A stretch of 64,000 bases of DNA from Minisyncoccota bacterium. GTDB taxonomy: Bacteria > Patescibacteriota > Minisyncoccia > Phycocordibacterales > UBA9973. The position numbers were made by a program, and so were the translations under genes. The DNA lies in the NCBI GenBank assembly GCA_041658325.1, contig JBBAAI010000002.1, positions 20,409 to 84,408 on the forward strand, read 5' to 3'. The notes beneath the pieces are model-generated. The model ran no database searches and had not been told where the DNA came from. It saw nothing but the letters and a program-made list of their open reading frames with translations. Shown here piece after piece: positions 18,461-26,864 of this stretch (positions are counted from its first letter, which is position 1; every line of letters starts with the position of its first letter).

Positions 18461-18976
18461 TTACCTCCTTTCGGGGTGGCCTTTATAAATGTATTGAATT
18501 TCTGAGATTTGGACCCAAGCTTGTTTGCTCGGATCTGCTGAAATGATGTGTACAGGTCCGGCTAGCCTTTTTATCGGATGCCGGGGGTCATCAAGGTCAA
18601 TTTGTCCTTTTCCTGAATATTCCAGTGTAACTGGTCCATGCACGCCGGGAAGTGTTAAGATAACAGGACTTCCTTGCGTGTCCAGCTCGAAAGTATAATC
18701 AAAGGTTGGGTCGCATGGTGTCATGCCTTCGAACCGTGGGATGAGAACTTTTGTTAGCACTGGTGGTGCTGGCGGTGGTTGTTTGTGAGCAGGACGATAG
18801 TACCCGAAGTACCAGATTGCGAGTCCGATCACCACCACCCACCAGAACCATTTCCAATGCCATTTAACATTGACGTGTGGCATGGAAATTGACGGCATTG
18901 ACGGTCGCCAGCCAGCTCTCCAGATGATTGCGGTGACTAGGACGACGAGGATGAATACGATGCTCGGTGTGTTCAT
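18461..18976 (-). CDS. NfeD-like membrane protein (partner of the SPFH protein)
   Basis: Two N-terminal TM helices, one unusually Trp-rich (KWHWKWFWWVVVIGLAIWYFGYY). Pro-rich linker, then about 90-aa soluble C-terminal domain. Start overlaps the SPFH stop by 4 nt (ATGA). Confidence 0.45.
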   Translation of the reverse strand: MNTPSIVFILVVLVTAIIWRAGWRPSMPSISMPHVNVKWHWKWFWWVVVIGLAIWYFGYYRPAHKQPPPAPPVLTKVLIPRFEGMTPCDPTFDYTFELDTQGSPVILTLPGVHGPVTLEYSGKGQIDLDDPRHPIKRLAGPVHIISADPSKQAWVQISEIQYIYKGHPERR

Positions 18977-20031
18977 TGGTCATCTCCTTTCTTGATGCCG
19001 AGCATCACGTTAGGGTTACCTAGGACAACTGTACCCTTGACATCTTTCAGAGCCTTCACGGCTTCCGTTTGAACACGAACATTCGCGTCAGGAACGAGCT
19101 CGATGATGTCTCCATTTTTGTCGGCAATCGCGAGACCCGTAGCGAGTAGCCGATGTTTGTTAGCGTCAGCGATGGCTCGAATCCCAGCAGCGGTTCCCGC
19201 TGCTTCTTTTTCTAGCTTTTCTTTCTCACCATCTGCGGTCGAGGAAACTGCCTCGGCTTTGAGTTTTGCTTCCTTGACTCCCGTCACAGCTTTGTTGAGC
19301 CCATGCGAGAAGGTGAATGGTTTAACGTAGGCATCGCCGAACTCAAACCCACCACCTTTTTCATCTTCTCCGTGTTGAGTGATTTCCTTTTGCAGAATAT
19401 CTCGGAGATCGTCGTTTGTTTTCTTCAGGCTCAGAAGGGCTTTTGCCGGGGTAACCTTCGAAAATTGAACACCGCAAGCTTCTACTGCTCTATCACTTAA
19501 AATCTTTCGAAGGTTTTCCAGGCTTCCATAGGTTCTTTTAAAACGTACGAGACTTTTGACGCGACCACTTACTACCACAACCACGTCCGCGACCATTGGA
19601 ATGTTGTATGGGTCGCTTTTGAGTGGTTCTTCTTCGTTTGGATCAGGGGACCCAAATTTGATCCGATTAGGTGGATACATGCCAGCCGGAACTGCCTCAA
19701 CATCTTCTTTCCTGAAGATCTTTTCCGGTTCAGCGGGCAGTTCAAATTGAAACAGGTTAGCAGATTCTTTACTTACCTTGGAAACCAGGGCTGGCGCAAA
19801 ACACAAGCCGGGGCCTAGGTCTGAAACGGGTTTCCCGAAGACTTCCACCATTCCAACTTCGTCTGTTTTCACAGTGACGAAGCTAAAAACGAGGTAAGCG
19901 AGAACGAGGGCGAGCAGAATTGCTCCCGCATTCACTCCCAAAACATTTACCTCGGTGAAAATCATTCCTAGGATTCCGACAGTTGCTAAAATTGCCAAAA
20001 CGATACTGATGAAAGTTCGGGTCTTGTCCAT
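18973..20031 (-). CDS. SPFH/band-7 (stomatin/flotillin/HflK-like) family protein
   Basis: N-terminal TM helices, then an SPFH core (TDEVGMVEVFGKP...IPMVADVVVVVSGRV) and a C-terminal coiled coil (KEAKLKAEA...). Start taken at MDKTRTF (ATG 20031), which is preceded by AAGGAGG. The ORF track extends into the 5' UTR. Confidence 0.7.
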   Translation of the reverse strand: MDKTRTFISIVLAILATVGILGMIFTEVNVLGVNAGAILLALVLAYLVFSFVTVKTDEVGMVEVFGKPVSDLGPGLCFAPALVSKVSKESANLFQFELPAEPEKIFRKEDVEAVPAGMYPPNRIKFGSPDPNEEEPLKSDPYNIPMVADVVVVVSGRVKSLVRFKRTYGSLENLRKILSDRAVEACGVQFSKVTPAKALLSLKKTNDDLRDILQKEITQHGEDEKGGGFEFGDAYVKPFTFSHGLNKAVTGVKEAKLKAEAVSSTADGEKEKLEKEAAGTAAGIRAIADANKHRLLATGLAIADKNGDIIELVPDANVRVQTEAVKALKDVKGTVVLGNPNVMLGIKKGDDQ

Positions 20032-20136
20032 GATATTCCTCCTTGCGCCACTGGCGCAGTTAGCGCCCGCAGGCGCGGGGTTGGTTAGAAAACGTATTTT
20101 CAAGGTACCTTACTCGCTAAAATTGTATCACAATAA

Positions 20137-20172
20137 AACAAAAAAGTCAACCCTAGGGGGATGACTTTTTTG
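20137..20172 (-). terminator. Imperfect hairpin with flanking A/T runs (terminator for the surface-protein gene, upstream of the SPFH operon)
   Basis: aaaaaagtcaaccc-tag-ggggatgactttttt sits between 20190 (stop of the upstream minus-strand gene) and the SPFH start. Confidence 0.45.
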
Positions 20173-20189
20173 GTAGGTTTTTATTCTTT

Positions 20190-20885
20190 TTACGCGTGTT
20201 TCATCGGTGTTTCGTGATAATTTTTTTCAGCACCGAAAACTTTTCTCGCTAAGATGACAATTAATAAAATAATTATCGCAAAAATAATCCATTGTATTAA
20301 ACCAGAAGGTAAAATACTATTTGATCCGAAAATTGCGTTAGAAGCTAGAGCGCTGTAGTTGCTATCAGTACTGGTGTTTCCTGTTTGATTCATACTTGAA
20401 GAAGTATTAGTAGAGCCGTTGCTGTTGTTTGTATTTGCATTAGGAGCAACAACATTATTTATGGTAAAGAAAGACGCGTTAGAATATCCTCCACCAGGGG
20501 CTCTATTGAAGACAGTAAGATAGAATCCATCAGCACGAGACATATCATTTGCAGTTAATTGAACTAAGAGATGAGAATAATCTATAAATGTAGTAGGACG
20601 ATTGGAATCATTTAATTTAACAACTGAACTTGAAACAAAACCACTTCCGACAACAGTTATCGTCTTTGCGCCAGTGCCTATATTACTTGAGCGGGGATTT
20701 ATTGAAGTAATGGTTGGTTTTGGATTATTTATATCTGCTTCATTTACTGATATTGGATTAGCATAGCCATCAACATAACCAGGGGTAGCAGCGGCCTTAT
20801 TAAAAGGCACGAAAATTAAACCAAAAGCCAAAATAGATAGTATTTTGAAGCCCAAAAATATTGATTTATTGTTTATCTTTTTCAT
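20190..20885 (-). CDS. Cell-surface protein with an IPT/TIG-like Ig domain, Asn/Ser/Thr-rich stalk and C-terminal TM anchor
   Basis: Start taken at MKKINNKSIFLGF (signal peptide). The ORF track N-extension reads through tRNA-Leu and is spurious. TIG-like segment PTITSINPRSSNIGTGAKTITVVGSGFVSSSVVKLND. C-terminal helix GLIQWIIFAIIILLIVILA. Confidence 0.5.
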   Translation of the reverse strand: MKKINNKSIFLGFKILSILAFGLIFVPFNKAAATPGYVDGYANPISVNEADINNPKPTITSINPRSSNIGTGAKTITVVGSGFVSSSVVKLNDSNRPTTFIDYSHLLVQLTANDMSRADGFYLTVFNRAPGGGYSNASFFTINNVVAPNANTNNSNGSTNTSSSMNQTGNTSTDSNYSALASNAIFGSNSILPSGLIQWIIFAIIILLIVILARKVFGAEKNYHETPMKHA

Positions 20886-20923
20886 GCGTACAGTATAGCA
20901 CTTATCAATATAAATGTCAAGTG

Positions 20924-21005
20924 TGCCGGGAGGGAGACTCGAACTCCCAAGGGTTGCCCCACTAGTTCCTAAGACTAGCGCGTATACCAATTCCGCCATC
21001 CCGGC
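20924..21005 (-). tRNA. tRNA-Leu (anticodon TAG)
   Basis: Minus-strand cloverleaf. Acceptor GCCGGGA/TCCCGGC, anticodon loop CUUAGGA, long variable arm, T-loop GGAGTTCGAGTCTCC. Confidence 0.8.
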
Positions 21006-21009
21006 AGGG

Positions 21010-21082
21010 TGCGTCCAGGAGGGATCGAACCTCCGACCTTATCCTTAAGAGGGATCTGCTCTACCAGCTGAGCTATGGACGC
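21010..21082 (-). tRNA. tRNA-Lys (anticodon CTT)
   Basis: Acceptor GCGTCCA/TGGACGC, D-arm GCTCAGCTGGTAGAGC, anticodon loop CUCUUAA, T-arm GGAGGTTCGATCCCTCC. Lies 4 nt from tRNA-Leu. Confidence 0.75.
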
Positions 21083-21173
21083 AAAAATTTTATTTTTAAA
21101 AAAGAACTATTTATTACTTAACAATCTTTCGACTTACCAAAACAGCTATGGGCGCAAAAAATATTAAGTTGTG

Positions 21174-21255
21174 TGCCCGAGGTGGGAATCGAACCCACAT
21201 CCCTTACGAGACACGATTTTAAGTCGTGCGCGTATACCAGTTCCGCCACTCGGGC
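21174..21255 (-). tRNA. tRNA-Leu (anticodon TAA)
   Basis: Acceptor GCCCGAG/CTCGGGC, anticodon loop CUUAAAA, long variable arm, T-arm GTGGGTTCGATTCCCAC. Confidence 0.8.
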
Positions 21256-21311
21256 AAATAACCACTCTAAAATATCTTAACATAAAAATCAAAAAACAAT
21301 TTGATTTTTTG

Positions 21312-21383
21312 AGGCCTGGGGCGGAATTGAACCGCCGCATAGAGATTTTGCAGATCTCTGCCTTACCACTTGGCTACCAGGCC
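21312..21383 (-). tRNA. tRNA-Cys (anticodon GCA)
   Basis: Acceptor GGCCTGG/CCAGGCC, anticodon loop CUGCAAA, T-arm GCGGTTCAATTCCGC. Confidence 0.75.
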
Positions 21384-21428
21384 TTATCATATTTTATACT
21401 GTACTTATCTAAAGGCCATTTATACATC

Positions 21429-21752
21429 CTACTTTTCTCTAAGCAGTTCGTCAATTTTTTGCCTATTTTTTTCTCCCTGATCTATCTCTATATCAAGAAA
21501 AGGAATAATCTTTATTGGCAGATTCTTTTTTAAAAACTCTCTCAAATCCCCAAGATTTCTTTTTACAAAATTTAGAGCACTATTTTCTTTAGAGGCAGGG
21601 AATACAGTAATAAATATCGTTGCCCGTTTTAAATCAGGAGATACCGTAGCAGAAGTTACAGTAATAAGCGAAGTTTTATTATTTTCACGTCCCAAAAACT
21701 GAGCAGCAAACTCTTTTATACTATTTGCTACCTTGTCGTTTCTTTGTATCAT
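21429..21752 (-). CDS. rbfA: Ribosome-binding factor A
   Basis: 107 aa. KH-like RbfA pattern (RNDKVANSIKE...TVTSATVSPDLKRATIFITV...). Overlaps the infB stop by 4 nt. Confidence 0.8.
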   Translation of the reverse strand: MIQRNDKVANSIKEFAAQFLGRENNKTSLITVTSATVSPDLKRATIFITVFPASKENSALNFVKRNLGDLREFLKKNLPIKIIPFLDIEIDQGEKNRQKIDELLREK

Positions 21753-23296
21753 TTCTTTGTTATTAAAAATGATTCTATTATGTCTCCAGGTACAATTTCT
21801 ATTTTTGATTCAATCATCATTCCGAATTCAGCACCTTCTTCTACGACGCTTGTTTTTGTTTTATTTTTCTCAAGATTTACTATTTTCCCGCGACCTATTT
21901 CAAATTCTCGACGCATTATTCTGACTGTACTATTTAAATTAATTTTTCCTTCTATCACCTTACCACCTATTATTTGGCGTTCCTTTGTTTGACTAAAGGC
22001 TCGAATAATTTTTGCGCGACCGGTTGTTTCTAATGTTTCGATTTTTGGTCTCCTCTCCTCCATTTGTATTTCCAGCCATTCAGTCATTTTATAAATAATT
22101 TCAAAAAAGGAAATTATTATACCTCTTTTTTCTGCGATTTCTAAGGCGCTTCTGTCAGCTTTTACATTAAATCCAATAACCAATACATCAGCACCAGAAG
22201 CTACTCCTTTTATATCTGATTCAGAAATTGGTCCGATACCTTTTCCAACAATTTTAAATTCAGCACCGTCATTCTTTATTTTAGCTATTTCTTTTTCTAT
22301 GGCTTCTATTGATCCAGAAACATCTGCTTTTAATATTATTGGTATTATCTTTTTCCCCGTTTCTTCTGTTTTTTCTTTTTTGTTTTTACTTTTTTCAAGA
22401 TTTCTTTCTTCTTTCCAGTTTTCTATATATTTTTCAGCATCTCCCTTTTTTAGAAAGGAAACAAATGGTGCTCCTACTCTCGGCATCTTATCAAAACCCA
22501 CGATACGTACAGGAGAGGAAAAGCTTTCTTCTTCTGTCGTTTTTCCTAAGAAATTTTCCATTATGCGGGTGGAGCACATACTATCTTCCACAACAACGGT
22601 CATTCCTTTTTTGATTGAACCATCTTTTATAATTAAGGTCGCCAATATTCCACGCCTGGAATCCAAATTTACTTCTATTACAAACCCAGAAGCGTCGAGA
22701 GAACTATCTCCAGTCAAGTTTTCCATCTCAGCCAAAATTAAAATAAGTGATAGCAAGCCGTCTATTCCCGTACCGATTTTTGCTGAAATTTCTGCATAGG
22801 GTATTTTGCCACCATAGTTTTCTAGATAAATTTCATTTTCAGCCAATTCTGTTTTTGTTTTTTCTAAATTAGCACTTGGTCTATCTATTTTATTTATAGC
22901 AACGATGCATGGAATTTTAGATTCCACGATAGTTTTCCAGGCTTCTATCGTTTGTGGTTTTACTCCGTCTTCAGCTGAAACGACCAATATAGCAATGTCT
23001 GCTATTTCTGCACCGCGCTCACGCATTTTTGAAAAGGCTTCGTGTCCAGGAGTGTCCAAAAAAGTTATTTTTTTATTTTCCCCATTTTCGTCTTTATGCA
23101 CAACTTCATAAGCGGAAATACATTGAGTAATGCCTCCAGTTTCGCACTCAACTACATTTGTTTTTCTTATGTAATCAAGCAAGGTTGATTTTCCGTGATC
23201 AATGTGACCCATAATCACTACCACCGGCGGCCTCGCCTGTAGGCTTACGGCCGAGGGCCTTGCCGTTATGTTTTGTTTTTCTTTTTTTGTATTCAT
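21749..23296 (-). CDS. infB: Translation initiation factor IF-2 (short form)
   Basis: G-domain [21 protein letters not shown], then beta-barrel and C-terminal domains. 515 aa, so it lacks the long N-terminal region. A GC-rich palindromic insert lies near the 5' end. Confidence 0.9.
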   Translation of the reverse strand: MNTKKEKQNITARPSAVSLQARPPVVVIMGHIDHGKSTLLDYIRKTNVVECETGGITQCISAYEVVHKDENGENKKITFLDTPGHEAFSKMRERGAEIADIAILVVSAEDGVKPQTIEAWKTIVESKIPCIVAINKIDRPSANLEKTKTELAENEIYLENYGGKIPYAEISAKIGTGIDGLLSLILILAEMENLTGDSSLDASGFVIEVNLDSRRGILATLIIKDGSIKKGMTVVVEDSMCSTRIMENFLGKTTEEESFSSPVRIVGFDKMPRVGAPFVSFLKKGDAEKYIENWKEERNLEKSKNKKEKTEETGKKIIPIILKADVSGSIEAIEKEIAKIKNDGAEFKIVGKGIGPISESDIKGVASGADVLVIGFNVKADRSALEIAEKRGIIISFFEIIYKMTEWLEIQMEERRPKIETLETTGRAKIIRAFSQTKERQIIGGKVIEGKINLNSTVRIMRREFEIGRGKIVNLEKNKTKTSVVEEGAEFGMMIESKIEIVPGDIIESFLITKK

Positions 23297-23751
23297 TATA
23301 CTTTTGCTTTTATAAGTGCTTCTTTTTCTTCTGTCGTGAGCTCGTATTCTGATTTACCGTTTTTAATAGGTTTGGCAAATATACTCATTCGTTCACGAGA
23401 ATATAAACTTGAAATTACTAAACCATTTTCTTCTTCGTTTAACATACCAATCGCAAAACTTTGATTGCTTCCTTGATCGGGGAAAGGATTAAAACGGATG
23501 GTTTCAAGCCCACGAATGCTTTTTTTTAGTTTTGTATTTATTATGGAAATTTCTTTTTCAAAATTTTCTTTCGCTTTTTTTAATTTTACAATATCGTTTT
23601 CTAGAATAATGATGGTATCTTCTAAATCTTTTGCTTTTTTACCAAGGAAAAATCTTCCTAGGCGTTTTTCGGTGATAATCATCCAAATAGTACCGATCAA
23701 AATAGTGATTCCGATTAAAATAAAAAAAGCGATTTCAAGCTTTGTATTCAT
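23296..23751 (-). CDS. DUF4446-like membrane protein
   Basis: N-terminal TM helix, coiled-coil segment, then RFNPFPDQGSNQSFAIGMLNEEENGLVISSLYSRE, the signature of DUF4446. Its stop overlaps the infB start by 1 nt. Confidence 0.6.
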   Translation of the reverse strand: MNTKLEIAFFILIGITILIGTIWMIITEKRLGRFFLGKKAKDLEDTIIILENDIVKLKKAKENFEKEISIINTKLKKSIRGLETIRFNPFPDQGSNQSFAIGMLNEEENGLVISSLYSRERMSIFAKPIKNGKSEYELTTEEKEALIKAKV

Positions 23752-23775
23752 ACAATTTCAATATATACTATTTTT

Positions 23776-24921
23776 ATGTTGAAATCAAACGAAATATATT
23801 TAGATTATGCTGCTGGAGCGGAGGCAAATTCTAGTTCTATTCATTCAGCAGGCATGAAGGTAAAGATAAAACTTCAAAATTCACGTAGAGAAGTGGCTAG
23901 TGTTTTAGGCGCCAGGCCGGAAGAAATAATTTTTACGAGTGGTGGCACAGAAAGTAATAATCTTGCAATTCAGGGTATTGTTTTCGCTTGGTATGAAAAA
24001 AAGAAGGGGAAAATTTTACCACACATCATTACGACGAATATTGAACATCCTTCAGTATTAGAGACATGCAGATTACTTCATAAAAGAAAACTTGCAGAAA
24101 TTTCTATCATATCAGTGGAGGAAAACGGAATAGTGGATCCCCAAAAAATAAAAAAAGAAATAAAGAAAAATACTATACTTATTTCTGTAATGTACGCGAA
24201 TAATGAAATCGGTACTATCCAGCCGATAAAAGAAATTGCAAAACAAATTAAGTATTATAAAAAGAAAAATAAAAGAAATGATATTTTTTTTCATACTGAT
24301 GCAGTACAGGCGGTAAACTATTTTGATTTAAACGTTGAAAGACTTGGGGTAGATTTATTGTCACTTTCTGGTTCAAAAATTGAAGGTTCTGGGAGAGTAG
24401 GTGTGCTTTTTAAAAAGAAATCTGTGCCACTTGTAAGTATTTTTGGTGGGGGAGATCAAGAACATGGGTTTCGACCCGGAACAGAAAATTTGCCGGAGAT
24501 TTTTAAATTTACATCCGCGCTGGTGACTACTCAACAAATCAGGGAAAAAGAAATAAAACGTTTAACGAAACTCCGTGATTATTTTATCTCATCTCTAATT
24601 CGCGCGAATAAGCGAATAGTTTTTAATGGCGATTTGCAGAATAGATTACCTAATAATGTAAACATTACAATTTCCAAAATTCCAAGCGATCTTTTAGTAA
24701 TAGAGCTTTCGGCTAAGGGAATAATGGCCTCCTCAAAAAGTGCTTGTAAAAGTTCCAAAGCGGAGGGTTCTTATGTGATAAAAGCATTGCATAGAGAAGC
24801 AGATCCTGAAATTGGCGGACTGCGTTTTTCCTTGGGCAGAGACACAACTAAAAAAGATATTGATTACACCGTCAAAACTTTAGCCAATATTTTAATTAAA
24901 CTAAAAAAGTGGTATCATTAA
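23776..24921 (+). CDS. Cysteine desulfurase (class V aminotransferase, IscS/NifS-like)
   Basis: IYLDYAA N-terminus, TSGGTESNNLAIQG, PLP-lysine SGSKIEG, and an active-site Cys in SSKSACKSS. Confidence 0.8.
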   Translation: MLKSNEIYLDYAAGAEANSSSIHSAGMKVKIKLQNSRREVASVLGARPEEIIFTSGGTESNNLAIQGIVFAWYEKKKGKILPHIITTNIEHPSVLETCRLLHKRKLAEISIISVEENGIVDPQKIKKEIKKNTILISVMYANNEIGTIQPIKEIAKQIKYYKKKNKRNDIFFHTDAVQAVNYFDLNVERLGVDLLSLSGSKIEGSGRVGVLFKKKSVPLVSIFGGGDQEHGFRPGTENLPEIFKFTSALVTTQQIREKEIKRLTKLRDYFISSLIRANKRIVFNGDLQNRLPNNVNITISKIPSDLLVIELSAKGIMASSKSACKSSKAEGSYVIKALHREADPEIGGLRFSLGRDTTKKDIDYTVKTLANILIKLKKWYH

Positions 24922-24924
24922 AAA

Positions 24925-25359
24925 ATGAATCCTGAAGAATCAATAATTAAAAAATTTCATCCCCATCCTTTTTATTTTTTTAGTTTTTATTTTAGTGGAA
25001 TTTTACTTTTTGCTGGTTCTATCGTTGCTTGGGTTTATTTTTCCAAGAATTCAATTTTGTTAATTTCCCTGGTTGGCATTCTAGTATTTTTTTTAGCGGA
25101 AATTTCTCGACATGCCGAAACTTTTTATATTCTTGATGGAGGGATTGCAAGAGAATATAGACTACTCTCCACTTCCAGGGAATTTGCCGAATATGAAAAA
25201 ATCCAAAATATTAAAATCAATCAAAGTTTTCTTGAAAACATGTTTGGTATTGGAAATATAAATTTTGATACAGCTGGAGGTGATATCGTGGAAGTACGTT
25301 TTCATGGTATTGAAAATCCATATGAAATAGAAAGTCTTATTCGGGAAAAAATGAAATAA
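24925..25359 (+). CDS. Bacterial PH-domain (bPH_2/YdbS-like) membrane protein
   Basis: Two N-terminal TM helices followed by ETFYILDGGIAREYRLLS...NINFDTAGGDI, typical of membrane-flanked PH domains. Confidence 0.55.
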   Translation: MNPEESIIKKFHPHPFYFFSFYFSGILLFAGSIVAWVYFSKNSILLISLVGILVFFLAEISRHAETFYILDGGIAREYRLLSTSREFAEYEKIQNIKINQSFLENMFGIGNINFDTAGGDIVEVRFHGIENPYEIESLIREKMK

Positions 25360-25372
25360 CATAAAAACGGTA

Positions 25373-25401
25373 TTGACAGATTTGTTTTGTAAGTGTACTC
25401 T
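25373..25401 (+). promoter_or_regulatory. Sigma70-type promoter candidate (TTGACA-17-TACTCT)
   Basis: Consensus -35 TTGACA at 25373-25378 and a weak -10 TACTCT at 25396-25401. Upstream of the 25531 gene. Confidence 0.4.
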
Positions 25402-25442
25402 CTCCAATAGTAAAGTTCTTTTAATAACAAAATTTGTGTTGT

Positions 25443-25496
25443 TCGCTATAGCTTTTAGTGTATAAAAGAAATTTTGTAAATTAAAAGCTATAGCGA
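25443..25496 (+). promoter_or_regulatory. Perfect 15-bp inverted repeat (tcgctatagctttta ... taaaagctatagcga) in a 5' leader
   Basis: Arms at 25443-25457 and 25482-25496 with a 24-nt AT-rich spacer. Each arm contains the palindrome GCTATAGC. Lies between the promoter candidate and the RBS GGGAGAG of the 25531 gene. Confidence 0.5.
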
Positions 25497-25530
25497 CACG
25501 GGGTCGTTAAGCAAACAAGGGAGAGATACC

Positions 25531-26013
25531 ATGGAGAAGATAATTACTGTCGATCGCAGCACATCTTTTGATCCAAGTTTGTTTTTCGGACAGGAGGGCT
25601 GGTCTACCTCCGACGGGGATGAAGACGGTCGCGCGCTGAACCTCACGGAGGTAGACCTCGAAAGGATTGAGTTTGAAGCAATTTCTTTCAAAAAGAACGA
25701 GACTTCTATCTCGGGAGAAAAGTGGTTGCGTCGCCTAAAGAAAACTGGGAACATCCTGTTGGATGCGAAATTTCTTGAGGCGATTAAAAAAGACACAAGC
25801 GTCATTCCTACCAGCTGGAAGAAGAAACTCAAGGGGCGTCCCGGAGCTCCTTGCACTGTTGCTTTTCCTGGCGTAGTTCTTGTTTGTCCACAGGGGGGAA
25901 GGTTTGTTCTTACTCTCATGTGGTACAAAGGCGAGTGGGATATCAACCCGCTTGGTCTTGCTGGGGATTGGGAGGCAGTAGATTTTGCTGCTGTGCTTCC
26001 AAGAGTTAATTAG
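25531..26013 (+). CDS. Hypothetical protein (GC-elevated cassette, gene 1)
   Basis: 160 aa. RBS-like GGGAGAGATACC precedes the ATG. Acidic N-terminal half (SDGDEDGRALNLTEVDLERIE), Gly/Pro/Trp-containing C-terminal half. No recognisable family. The overlapping antisense ORFs are judged to be GC artefacts. Confidence 0.45.
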   Translation: MEKIITVDRSTSFDPSLFFGQEGWSTSDGDEDGRALNLTEVDLERIEFEAISFKKNETSISGEKWLRRLKKTGNILLDAKFLEAIKKDTSVIPTSWKKKLKGRPGAPCTVAFPGVVLVCPQGGRFVLTLMWYKGEWDINPLGLAGDWEAVDFAAVLPRVN

Positions 26014-26036
26014 CAAGTTTTGCATCAAGTTTCGAA

Positions 26037-26072
26037 TCCCACAAACAGCATGTTTGTGGGATTTTTGCTTTT
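26037..26072 (+). terminator. Intrinsic terminator (cccacaaac-agcat-gtttgtggg plus ATTTTTGCTTTTT)
   Basis: Perfect 9-bp stem and T-tract, 24 nt after the stop of the 25531 gene. Confidence 0.75.
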
Positions 26073-26090
26073 TAAAAGATAAAAACAATA

Positions 26091-26119
26091 TTGACAAAAA
26101 TCACTTTTAACTTTATTAT
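26091..26119 (+). promoter_or_regulatory. Strong sigma70-type promoter (TTGACA-17-TATTAT)
   Basis: Consensus -35 TTGACA at 26091-26096, 17-nt spacer, -10 TATTAT at 26114-26119. About 90-nt leader to the 26210 gene. Confidence 0.6.
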
Positions 26120-26209
26120 CCATAGTGGAAATATGGGGGATTGTCCTCATGACTGTAACCGCACAGTAAAGCGGAATGTACTTTATATATAAAGAAGGGA
26201 GAAGAAAAA

Positions 26210-26758
26210 ATGACTCCGAATATGTGTTCTCATTTATGTTTTAGACCCACGGAGAAATTTAGTTTGTTTGCAAATCTCGGTATTCTTACTGTACCTGAGG
26301 ATTATGTGCATTCTTCTCAGCTCATGTCGTTTCAAAAAAAACACCGAATTGAGTTTGAAGGTTATAATTGCGACATTACAGATCTGAATTTTCAGAACCC
26401 GAGTTGTGTCTTAAGCCCAGGTGATAGATTTTTAGTTCGAGCCCACAGACAAGTTATCTCTAGCACTACAACGTCTGATGAGTGTTTGGAGTTTCTTGCA
26501 ACGCTCAATTCACATTACACGGGCGCACAAGGAGCTTCATTGGTTTTCGAGCAAAAAAGAGATCAATTACCAAAGGACTTCCGATATTTGTCTTTAGACG
26601 TGAAAGATCGTCTTTGGGAAGATCCTCGTGGTGACCACAGAATACCGACAGTGGTTGCTGGTGTTCATGGGGAATTCTATTTTTTCCTCGATTGTCTTGA
26701 GGACACGCGAGAAGATTTTCAGATTGTTTTATCTTTCTGTGACGTGCCCCAAATTTGA
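26210..26758 (+). CDS. Hypothetical protein (GC-elevated cassette, gene 2)
   Basis: 182 aa. RBS AAGGGAGAAG upstream. No recognisable family. Followed by a strong terminator. Confidence 0.45.
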   Translation: MTPNMCSHLCFRPTEKFSLFANLGILTVPEDYVHSSQLMSFQKKHRIEFEGYNCDITDLNFQNPSCVLSPGDRFLVRAHRQVISSTTTSDECLEFLATLNSHYTGAQGASLVFEQKRDQLPKDFRYLSLDVKDRLWEDPRGDHRIPTVVAGVHGEFYFFLDCLEDTREDFQIVLSFCDVPQI

Positions 26759-26793
26759 GCTACAAATGTGTAATTTTCACCCTCTCGAGTTAA

Positions 26794-26828
26794 AAGCCTC
26801 CGCTGGAAAGCGGAGGCTTTTTTTTAAT
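26794..26828 (+). terminator. Intrinsic terminator (agcctccgc-tggaaa-gcggaggct plus T9)
   Basis: Perfect 9-bp GC stem followed by TTTTTTTTT. Confidence 0.8.
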
Positions 26829-26864
26829 ATTTTGTAAAAACTAAAAAGATGGTATTATAAAAAG

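Noticed and set aside
20032-20103. N-terminal extension of the SPFH ORF (MKIRFLTNPAPAGANCASGARRNI)
   Set aside because: An internal ATG at 20031 is preceded by AAGGAGG at optimal spacing. The upstream part is a GC-rich palindromic leader rather than coding.
20886-20999. N-terminal extension of the 20190..20999 minus-strand ORF (MAELVYALVLG...)
   Set aside because: The extension is the reverse complement of tRNA-Leu(TAG). A proper signal-peptide start (MKKINNKSIFLGF) exists at 20885.
21171-21533. 120-aa plus-strand ORF spanning the tRNA-Leu(TAA) and tRNA-Cys genes
   Set aside because: It reads straight through two well-formed minus-strand tRNA cloverleafs. The composition reflects tRNA sequence, not coding sequence.
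25488-26097. Minus-strand ORFs (152 aa and 120 aa) overlapping the 25531..26013 plus-strand gene
   Set aside because: Open frames on both strands are expected in locally GC-elevated DNA. Only the plus-strand frame has a promoter, RBS and terminator in the right places.
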